In this document: one piece after another, positions 1 to 6,430 of the stretch | How the letters are laid out: each line of letters opens with the position of its first letter | How positions within the stretch are numbered: position 1 is the first letter of the stretch | Virus record (IMG/VR): IMGVR_UViG_3300045988_016629 | Location: 1-40,797 of that record | Direction: 5' to 3' (one strand) | DNA length: 40,797 bases | DNA from: a virus | Made by a program: the position numbers and the translations under genes | The notes under the pieces: model-generated | Seen by the model: the letters and a program-made list of their open reading frames with translations, nothing else | Told to the model about the DNA's origin: nothing | The model's database searches: none

Positions 1-55
1 TTTCTATAAAATATTTACTGGATTTGTTGTCAAGGTCTGTCAGCTTGACGTTTTG
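1..55. repeat. Terminal overlap copy 1 (identical to 40743-40797)
   Basis: tttctataaaatatttactggatttgttgtcaaggtctgtcagcttgacgttttg occurs at both ends. A 55-nt exact repeat is typical of a k-mer overlap in a circular assembly. Confidence 0.9.
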
Positions 56-88
56 TCGAAAAGCAACACCTAGTAATGACAGACTAAC

Positions 89-119
89 GACTGACAAGGG
101 AGTCGAACCCCTGACAGCC
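89..119 (-). ncRNA. tRNA-like acceptor/T-arm minihelix B (no D or anticodon arm)
   Basis: Minus strand reads GGCUGUCAGGGG-UUCGACU-CCCUUGUCAGUC. The 12-position stem has 9 Watson-Crick pairs, 2 G-U pairs and 1 U-U mismatch. The 7-nt loop fits the tRNA T-loop consensus GG-UUCGANU-CC. The G-U pairs become A-C mismatches on the plus strand. Confidence 0.45.
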
Positions 120-189
120 AACAAGAATAAAGAATTTGAATTATAGCGACAGTTACGCTGTTATCACCTCCAAACTTAATGTAATTAAT

Positions 190-220
190 GACTTATAGCG
201 GATTCGAACCGCTACAAGCC
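190..220 (-). ncRNA. tRNA-like acceptor/T-arm minihelix A (overlaps the stop codon of the 235-aa gene)
   Basis: Minus strand reads GGCUUGUAGCGG-UUCGAAU-CCGCUAUAAGUC. The 12-bp stem has 10 Watson-Crick and 2 G-U pairs and a canonical T-loop. It is homologous to element B, with three compensatory pair changes. Confidence 0.45.
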
Positions 221-919
221 CATATAAATCGCTTTATATAACGCACGTTTAACACTTTCCTTTTCAAGACCTAGATCACATTTGGTGCGATATTCTAAAT
301 AGATACGATCAACTTCGCTATCTAGGCTTTCAGGCCATTCGTACTTATTAAATACGTGCTTAGCTATCTTTCCGAATAATTCTCTTGAAAGAATTCCTTC
401 TAGTTGGACTACTTTTCGAGGTGTTAAAACGCCAATTTCTGTATATATTGTATTGATGGCTGTGCAAATTGTTTTAGCTTGTTGATTTGAACAGCCTTTT
501 ACTTCCATGATGTAGTTAGCAAAGCAGTTAGGATGTGCTGCTCTTAACTCTTGGATTTCATTTCGATATTGAAGGAAAAGTTCCTCGGTAAGTCCTGCGT
601 TAGTTTTATCACTATCTGTCTTACATGACCCACGTGGAGCAGAATAGTGCTCTGATAGATACTCTTGTAAGTCGTTAACAAGACCTTCCGTAAGGTACTC
701 GCTCATATCATCCAACGTTGAGAAGGACAGTTTAGAACGCTCTTTAATCACATTGTCAAACCTTTGACAATATTTTCTAGCTTTCGCTCTATCGCAAACT
801 TTCGTTTCCATTATATGTTTAGTGAGTTTTCTAGGGTATTTCTCTTTCAATGCGTTAAATTCAACCACAAGCCTTTGATGTAACTCTTTAGTCAGTCCTG
901 CATACTCAAAACGCTTCAT
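212..919 (-). CDS. Hypothetical phage protein with an internal tandem duplication (two ~100-aa repeats)
   Basis: 235-aa ORF. AGLTKELHQRLVVEFNALKEKYPRKLTKHIMETKVCDRAKARKYC aligns with AGLTEELFLQYRNEIQELRAAHPNCFANYIMEVKGCSNQQAKTIC. Confidence 0.7.
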   Translation of the reverse strand: MKRFEYAGLTKELHQRLVVEFNALKEKYPRKLTKHIMETKVCDRAKARKYCQRFDNVIKERSKLSFSTLDDMSEYLTEGLVNDLQEYLSEHYSAPRGSCKTDSDKTNAGLTEELFLQYRNEIQELRAAHPNCFANYIMEVKGCSNQQAKTICTAINTIYTEIGVLTPRKVVQLEGILSRELFGKIAKHVFNKYEWPESLDSEVDRIYLEYRTKCDLGLEKESVKRALYKAIYMGL

Positions 920-932
920 TGCCCTATTCCTT

Positions 933-1460
933 TCAACCTTTGGAATCCATATCTGTGAACACGATTTGTTTGGGTAAAATTTTATTGCAAACGTAAACGC
1001 TTTGAAAATTAGGATTATCTCTAACTGTCATACTTTCATCAAAGAATTTCATGCGTCCTTTTGGAATTAGCAACTCAAAATTATTGTTTCTAAACAATTC
1101 GAATCTTGTTTTACTGTCAAATAATCCGTTGCTATTCATGATTAATGCAAAAGGTAAATCTAGTTCGTACATTTTCCGAAAAATTGCGTCACGCTTACTG
1201 AAGGGAGGGTTACTTACAACACACTCAACTCCTTTAGGAGCTTTTTCATATTCAAAGAAATCTTGTCCTGTTTCGATATGTCCAAAAGTCACTTCGTATC
1301 CATTATCTTTTAACAACTTCACAAATTCACTATACTCTTTATCAAACGGACACCAGATATGCTTATATTGCTTGATGTATGGAATAATAATCTCAACCGC
1401 ATAATCTGGGGTATAGTATTCATCGCCTTTGCTTGTTCTTATTTGTTTACTAAAATACAT
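933..1460 (-). CDS. Orphan DNA methyltransferase (probable N6-adenine, NPPF motif IV)
   Basis: 175 aa with a SNPPFS catalytic motif, EYYTP near the N-terminus and a WCPFD putative AdoMet pocket. No restriction partner gene is nearby. Confidence 0.75.
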   Translation of the reverse strand: MYFSKQIRTSKGDEYYTPDYAVEIIIPYIKQYKHIWCPFDKEYSEFVKLLKDNGYEVTFGHIETGQDFFEYEKAPKGVECVVSNPPFSKRDAIFRKMYELDLPFALIMNSNGLFDSKTRFELFRNNNFELLIPKGRMKFFDESMTVRDNPNFQSVYVCNKILPKQIVFTDMDSKG

Positions 1461-1766
1461 CTAATTCCCCCTCCTTTTCAAATAGCTTGGAACATCATCT
1501 CCGACCTGCACACTATCGTATTGTTCCTTACTGACAAGGAATTTACCATAAGAACCGCAATCGATTGTGTAGAGCTTCCCTACCATAGATTTTCCAGTAA
1601 CCTTGCCATGTAATTCCACGAAATTGTCAGCCTTATGCACCACAATAGCTTCCACAGGTCTATTTGTCACTCTTATGATGGTAGTCACATTGATTACTAT
1701 TGAAATTAGTAGTAGAGCAGTTAAAAACCTTAGCTGGTTATCTCGTTTTGACAAAGTTGTCATCAA
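1461..1766 (-). CDS. Small membrane-anchored phage protein
   Basis: 101 aa with an N-terminal hydrophobic helix (LRFLTALLLISIVINVTTII). Tightly packed with its neighbours. Confidence 0.6.
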   Translation of the reverse strand: MMTTLSKRDNQLRFLTALLLISIVINVTTIIRVTNRPVEAIVVHKADNFVELHGKVTGKSMVGKLYTIDCGSYGKFLVSKEQYDSVQVGDDVPSYLKRRGN

Positions 1767-2250
1767 TCATTACTCCTTGCCTGTCCTTAATGTTGTTATA
1801 AGCGATTTTAAGGCACTCCTCAACGTCGTAACCGAGTTGTAGGCATAATACCACTAGGGTAACAATAGAATCGCCTATAGCGTCTTTTAGAGCCATTTCT
1901 GGGTCATCAAAATCGTTTGGTTTTAGAAATACATCTCTAATCTCTCCAACTTCTTCAGTGACTTTCATCCATTCGATTTTAGGATTTCCTTTATCCAGTC
2001 CGTGACTGATAGCCCACTCGTTAATCTTTGCGATTAGATCGGTGATACTGTCATTTTCAGTTGTATCAAGACCTAACAGATAACCAACGCTAACACCGAA
2101 AAAGTCTGCTAGTTTTTTGGCTTCCCTTCTACTGATTTTACTGGTTCCATGTTCCCATTTAAGAACAGTCAGTTTTGACACTCCTATTTTTTCAGCCAAC
2201 TCGACTCTTGTAATTTTCCGTGATTCTCTTAACAGATAAAGTCTATTCAC
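1738..2250 (-). CDS. XRE-type HTH domain fused to a MazG-like all-alpha NTP pyrophosphohydrolase domain
   Basis: N-terminus ITRVELAEKIGVSKLTVLKWEHG is an XRE HTH. C-terminus KVTEEVGEIRD ... KDAIGDSIVTLVVLCLQLGYDVEECL matches the MazG EExxE/DxxGD metal-binding helices. Confidence 0.65.
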   Translation of the reverse strand: MNRLYLLRESRKITRVELAEKIGVSKLTVLKWEHGTSKISRREAKKLADFFGVSVGYLLGLDTTENDSITDLIAKINEWAISHGLDKGNPKIEWMKVTEEVGEIRDVFLKPNDFDDPEMALKDAIGDSIVTLVVLCLQLGYDVEECLKIAYNNIKDRQGVMIDDNFVKTR

Positions 2251-2796
2251 TTATTCCACCTCTTTAACCTCTACTCCCTCACAGTCAAATACCCATCCAA
2301 AACCAGCTTCTTCTAGTTCTTTGCGAGTGTGGCTCGTATGGCACATTTTACTTTCTTTCTCACACCACAAATACCAATTTTCACGTGTCCAGTTGCAACA
2401 TAAATGTTTATTAATATTTAACCCTTTAAAAGTAACCTTGTATCTAGGATCTTTCTCTACCTCATATCCAAACTGGTGCATATTGATGAGTGTTTTGATA
2501 GCTCCATTCTCATAAGCCTGAGACATCCAAGCTTTGAATTCGTCCTTCATAAAACCATCAAAAATAGATAGCCAATCTTTAAAATCTTTTACTTCGTCTC
2601 TGTTATTAAAATCTACAACATCATGGATACATTGAAATAGGTATTCTTCAAAGCTATCTTTATGTTCCTCATACCAATCAGCCACATATTGTGGCACTAC
2701 AGGTTTAGGAATAATTTCACCATATAATTCCTCAGCGTGTTCTATTGATATGTATCCTTCTCTTGCAATCTTCTTAACTGCTTCATCTTTTGTCAT
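2251..2796 (-). CDS. Streptococcal phage early protein (DUF1642-like)
   Basis: 181 aa. C-terminus KVTFKGL...WYLW...HTRKELEEAGFGWVF resembles the DUF1642 family as I recall it. Confidence 0.55.
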   Translation of the reverse strand: MTKDEAVKKIAREGYISIEHAEELYGEIIPKPVVPQYVADWYEEHKDSFEEYLFQCIHDVVDFNNRDEVKDFKDWLSIFDGFMKDEFKAWMSQAYENGAIKTLINMHQFGYEVEKDPRYKVTFKGLNINKHLCCNWTRENWYLWCEKESKMCHTSHTRKELEEAGFGWVFDCEGVEVKEVE

Positions 2797-2807
2797 TTAA
2801 TTTCTCC

Positions 2808-3200
2808 TTAATCGATATTTTTAAGTTTGACCGGAACCCACATTTTAGGGTTGTAATTTATTTCATATTTGTATTTTGAAACATTCGGTACTTCAACATC
2901 TTCTACTACATAAGAGACATTATCTGACAAACCGATAATATGTTTTTGATATTTATTCTTACCATTTTCTACAACAATTTCGAGTTGTTTATCATCAGTA
3001 TCAGCATTGATAGACATCCTACCGCTCATTTGGAACATTATGTCATTTGTAATGGCATCAATAACTGTTACTTTCCTAAAAACATTGAAGTTATCAGACT
3101 CTAGCGATAAATTCCCAGATACTCTATCTGCCTCTGAACAACCAGTTAAAAACAATAGTCCACATGCAGCAATAATTGTCATTTTACTTAATTTATTCAT
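2808..3200 (-). CDS. Phage-encoded lipoprotein
   Basis: Signal peptide plus lipobox MTIIAACGLLFLTG-C. The mature ~110-aa part is predicted to be beta-rich. Confidence 0.75.
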   Translation of the reverse strand: MNKLSKMTIIAACGLLFLTGCSEADRVSGNLSLESDNFNVFRKVTVIDAITNDIMFQMSGRMSINADTDDKQLEIVVENGKNKYQKHIIGLSDNVSYVVEDVEVPNVSKYKYEINYNPKMWVPVKLKNID

Positions 3201-3386
3201 CTATTCATCCTCTTTATAAATCACCAACGCTGATGTTCTGATAATATATTCTTTGCTCGATACGGTTTGATATTTAATATCAACGATTTCAATATCTGGG
3301 TTTTCTTTCAAAAAGTCATTAATTAAATCATCAATTTTTTCATCATAGCAGATACTTGTCCAAAATTCTCGTGTTCTAATTGCCAT
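3201..3386 (-). CDS. Hypothetical small protein (61 aa)
   Basis: ORF abuts its neighbours. Its start codon sits directly after the upstream stop. Confidence 0.5.
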   Translation of the reverse strand: MAIRTREFWTSICYDEKIDDLINDFLKENPDIEIVDIKYQTVSSKEYIIRTSALVIYKEDE

Positions 3387-3542
3387 TTATTTCACCTCAA
3401 CCATTTCTACTTTATATAATCTTGAATTTCTATATTTAACACCTCGTAGATGATGCAATCTGTTGATAGCTTCATCCTTATTCTCATAAATTTCTACATC
3501 GTCTTCCATATTGTCGTAATAAACAATAACTTTATATCTCAT
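3387..3542 (-). CDS. Hypothetical small protein (51 aa, below the ORF-track cutoff)
   Basis: Hand translation gives MRYKVIVYYDNMEDDVEIYENKDEAINRLHHLRGVKYRNSRLYKVEMVEVK. ATGA overlap with the upstream ORF, and its stop abuts the next ATG. Confidence 0.45.
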   Translation of the reverse strand: MRYKVIVYYDNMEDDVEIYENKDEAINRLHHLRGVKYRNSRLYKVEMVEVK

Positions 3543-3664
3543 ATCTTAACTAACCTTCTTCCATCTTTTTCACTTGTTCTTTTTGCGTATGATGGTGTTC
3601 CATAGCAAGTAACGGAACGCACTGAAATTCCTAACTGCTTAGCAATCTCGCTTTTCGTTCCCAT
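3539..3664 (-). CDS. Hypothetical 41-aa HTH-like peptide (below the ORF-track cutoff)
   Basis: Hand translation gives MGTKSEIAKQLGISVRSVTCYGTPSYAKRTSEKDGRRLVKI. ATGA coupling to the next ORF. Confidence 0.4.
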   Translation of the reverse strand: MGTKSEIAKQLGISVRSVTCYGTPSYAKRTSEKDGRRLVKI

Positions 3665-3669
3665 GGCAA

Positions 3670-3939
3670 TTATGTCTTCACCTTTATAGAGTGCGTATTC
3701 TTTTTCTTGCATAGATCTACCATCTCTTTCAATAATCTATCGTCTGGTAACTGCTCTAGTGTCAGTATCCTGTTGAGTTTATTTGTGCTGATTCCTAACT
3801 TAGTGCTGATAAATTCCATGTCTTCGTGGTTATCCCAGAACCACTTCGAAAACTCTTGTGTCTCCTCTAGCACACTTGTATGGTCATAGTGTCCCGGTGC
3901 ATATATACCAACCAGTTTGTCTTTAACTTTGCTTTTCAT
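3670..3939 (-). CDS. Hypothetical protein (89 aa), possible HTH
   Basis: Contains ISTKLGISTNKLNRILT, which looks like an HTH. The ORF overlaps the VRR-NUC gene end. Confidence 0.5.
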   Translation of the reverse strand: MKSKVKDKLVGIYAPGHYDHTSVLEETQEFSKWFWDNHEDMEFISTKLGISTNKLNRILTLEQLPDDRLLKEMVDLCKKKNTHSIKVKT

Positions 3940-4243
3940 TTACTATATCCATAGCTTCCTTAACGCTTCTTGCCACTCCTACGAGTGCTCCTCGTTTTTT
4001 CATGGCATTCATAAACTTCTTTTGATCTTCTCTCAATCGACCTTTTTCATTTTTAACTTCGATAAAAAATATCTGTCCATCTGGTCTAAATCCAAACAGG
4101 TCACAAAAACCTTTTGGTGCTCCAGTATCAAACCAACGTCCATCAGCCATTCTGACTTTACCAACATTAATTCTGAATACCATATAGCCAGCTTTTGATA
4201 GTCCTACTCGAATTTGATTTTGAATTAGTGATTCTGTAGCCAT
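3923..4243 (-). CDS. VRR-NUC domain nuclease (PD-(D/E)XK)
   Basis: 106 aa. GFCDLFGFRPDGQIFFIEVKNEKGRLREDQKKF matches the D...E-x-K core of VRR-NUC. Confidence 0.8.
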   Translation of the reverse strand: MATESLIQNQIRVGLSKAGYMVFRINVGKVRMADGRWFDTGAPKGFCDLFGFRPDGQIFFIEVKNEKGRLREDQKKFMNAMKKRGALVGVARSVKEAMDIVNEKQS

Positions 4244-4656
4244 TCTTTATAAATGCTCACAATCTGTTTATCAGTATAAGCCATACTTGCTTGTTGGAAT
4301 AAGCAGTTACGCAACGTATCTACATAAACTTCATCACCCTTTGTCACCCAATTATCAAAAGGGTCATCGATAAATAATTTTGTTTCTTTATCGAGATGTT
4401 TGTCAAAGAATTCCTTCAACCATTGTTTCTTTTCTGGAGTTGCCTCTTTGTTATCTTCATATTTGATAAACGCAACAACTTTAATGCCATAATCTTCATC
4501 GATCCAATAGTCTTCTCCAACCTTTTCAAAATGTACCGGAATAGCGTTGCATTGCACATCTATAACTGTTGCCGCTTCAGAAAAATCTTTGATGTAATTA
4601 CTAATATTTTCATTAGGTTCGTGTTCTTGATTAATCTCTAAGTATTGAATTTCCAT
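4225..4656 (-). CDS. Acidic hypothetical protein (143 aa) downstream of the origin
   Basis: ORF with a good RBS. Its size and position match orf143 of Sfi21-like phages as I recall them. Confidence 0.6.
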   Translation of the reverse strand: MEIQYLEINQEHEPNENISNYIKDFSEAATVIDVQCNAIPVHFEKVGEDYWIDEDYGIKVVAFIKYEDNKEATPEKKQWLKEFFDKHLDKETKLFIDDPFDNWVTKGDEVYVDTLRNCLFQQASMAYTDKQIVSIYKEWLQNH

Positions 4657-4909
4657 TTTTTTCTCCTTTTGTTACTCGATTACAGTAACAGTTACTTTTA
4701 CTCGTAACCACCGCAAACCCCTTATATATCAAGGTTTCTGGCCACTTTAGTTACTTAGTTACACGTTTTTTTAAGTCTCTCTCTATATATATTTATTTAT
4801 TTATTTATTTATTTATAAATATATTTAAAAGTAGTAACTAAGTAACTAAAGCAACCGAAACCCTTTATTTTCAATGGGTTTTACGGTTACTTGTTGCAAT
4901 AACCTGCGG
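4657..4909. other. Probable phage origin of replication (iterons, AT-rich microsatellite, 18-bp inverted repeat)
   Basis: Noncoding region between the primase and orf143. A perfect 18-bp inverted repeat (4745-4762 / 4834-4851) has TTAGTTAC twice in each arm. It flanks (CT)4(TA)4(ATTT)6 at 4779-4814. There are many extra GTTAC/GTAAC motifs and palindromes (about 4686-4698 and about 4909-4923). Confidence 0.7.
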
Positions 4910-6430
4910 TTACTGAGTAACCATAACCACTACTGCTGCTTTCTTCGCCTCGTTTTCGTCCCAATTAAAATTGAAATCATGCCAATAAACTGGCTTATCT
5001 TTAGTTGGGTTAAAAAAATCAAGAGGTTTTTGTCTATCTTTTATCCAACCAACTGGTAAATTCTGTGCCAACTCTTTTTCAAAGTTAGATTTTTTAGGGA
5101 TAGTATGATTACCCTCGTGACACCATGAGCGGTATACATCCCACAAGAATCTAACTGGAATACGAGTGGAAACGACATCTGACAAATATTCATTAAGGAA
5201 TTTATAAACTGTGTTATTTTCTTCCTTGAATTCTTGCATACGTTCTTGTGTCGCTTTTGGTTCACTGAATTTATCGAAATCTAAATTAATAGCTTTCCAG
5301 AGCACATACTCTAAAACTTCTTTACGATTGATGTAATCATCTTTGATTGCCCAATTATCATCGTTGATGCCAAATGTTTTCTTGAATGGGATAATCACGA
5401 TACGTCGATATGTCCCGTTTGATTTGTTTTTAAACACTGGCATAGCGTTGGTAGACTGGATAACTGTTTTCTTAAATTGTGCTAAGTAGGGGTTTTCTCC
5501 TTTTTTCTCAATCGAAACAGGTTCACCAGTAACAACTGAGTTAAAATTAGAAGATTCATCTACGTATATACCAGCTTGGACATCATCCCCGATGATAACT
5601 GTCTTACCTTCGATAATGGCAAGACCGAAACGCTCTGAAAATTGGTTAAGTTTCAAGGGAGCTACGTTTTTTAATCCAACAAGATTGCTAATTAACTGTT
5701 GAAACGTACCTTTACCGTCATTACCGTTACCGACCAACCAAATTGATTTTCGATAAGAGTGGTTACCATTCAGCGATGCTGCAATGACTTGCCATAGTAA
5801 TTCGACAAGCTCACTATCACCACTCATTAAATCAAGCAACCAACTATCAACATCCCATCCATTTATTGTTGGTTTAGGGGCGTTCTCAACTAATTCTGTT
5901 TCAATTGTACTGAAGTTAATAAACTTATAGTCAAACGATAACAGTTTCTTCTTTCGCTTATCATAGATGCCATTCTTAACGAGTATAAAGCGTCTTACGT
6001 CTCTATACTCTGGTTCAAAGTCCATATACATGTTATTATATTCATATTCCCTGCTCATGTTTGATAGCAAGAATAGAACATTGCGGCATTTTGTTTCATT
6101 GAATGTGGGTTCTAAGACATAGATAAGCTGGTAGGCATATCTGTAATCTTTTTGGTAGTATCCACGCTCTGGATCATATATAGCTACTTTCCCATTTTCG
6201 AGGGTAATAACATGAGTGTATTTATTTAAACCTTTAGCTACTGCTAATTCTGGCAATGCCTTTGGTTCTTTTTTATCTGGATTTTCTTCCTTGAATTTTT
6301 CAAACCAGTCGTTTCGGTAGGCTTTAAGCTTATTCTTAATTCCCTCTCTGCTGCTCGGTTTACCTGGTGAGAGACTAGAGCTTGCAAATTGTTCTCTGTA
6401 ATAATCGAAATCAATCGTTGTCAAGTCCAA
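4910..6430 (-). CDS. Primase-helicase, P4/D5-type NTPase (phage/plasmid primase C-terminal domain)
   Basis: 506 aa with Walker A WLVGNGNDGKGTF, followed by a D5_N/primase-C-like region. Confidence 0.85.
   Translation of the reverse strand: MDLTTIDFDYYREQFASSSLSPGKPSSREGIKNKLKAYRNDWFEKFKEENPDKKEPKALPELAVAKGLNKYTHVITLENGKVAIYDPERGYYQKDYRYAYQLIYVLEPTFNETKCRNVLFLLSNMSREYEYNNMYMDFEPEYRDVRRFILVKNGIYDKRKKKLLSFDYKFINFSTIETELVENAPKPTINGWDVDSWLLDLMSGDSELVELLWQVIAASLNGNHSYRKSIWLVGNGNDGKGTFQQLISNLVGLKNVAPLKLNQFSERFGLAIIEGKTVIIGDDVQAGIYVDESSNFNSVVTGEPVSIEKKGENPYLAQFKKTVIQSTNAMPVFKNKSNGTYRRIVIIPFKKTFGINDDNWAIKDDYINRKEVLEYVLWKAINLDFDKFSEPKATQERMQEFKEENNTVYKFLNEYLSDVVSTRIPVRFLWDVYRSWCHEGNHTIPKKSNFEKELAQNLPVGWIKDRQKPLDFFNPTKDKPVYWHDFNFNWDENEAKKAAVVVMVTQ

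Noticed and set aside
25-70. Possible solitary CRISPR-repeat mimic: minus-strand GTTGCTTTTCGACAAAACGTCAAGCTGACAGACCTTGACAAC versus the S. thermophilus CRISPR1 repeat as I recall it
   Set aside because: There are shared ends (GTT...ACAAC) and a TCAAG core. However, overall identity is only about 55 percent, gaps are needed, and the length differs (42 vs 36 nt). That is too weak without a search.
89-290. Full-length tRNA genes around the GGTTCGAATCC / GGTTCGACTCC T-arm sequences
   Set aside because: The strand complementary to each 3' acceptor sequence lies directly next to the T stem. No D arm or anticodon arm can be placed. The position about 49 nt upstream where a 5' acceptor strand should be is not complementary. 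Hence I call them minihelices, not tRNAs.
1051-1842. Plus-strand ORFs 1051-1404, 1359-1613 and 1603-1842. The same applies to the other antisense ORFs in the track, for example 2321-2515, 3007-3219, 3707-4198, 4396-4641, 7715-8017, 9454-9642, 10490-10702, 12267-12491, 14435-14641, 15707-15925, 16232-16543, and all plus-strand ORFs within 19017-38989
   Set aside because: They lie entirely antisense to well-supported genes. They lack RBS sequences and have low-complexity, hydrophobic compositions typical of AT-rich antisense frames.
4779-4814. Short tandem repeats (CT)4(TA)4(ATTT)6 as a CRISPR array or minisatellite
   Set aside because: The unit size is 2-4 nt with no spacers. I interpret it as the AT-rich unwinding element of the origin.
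5041-5265. Same-strand nested ORFs (5041-5265, 19193-19510, 25326-25586, 27533-27733, 31318-31575, 31736-31948, 33777-33977, 35360-35566)
   Set aside because: They are out-of-frame ORFs contained within larger, clearly homologous genes.
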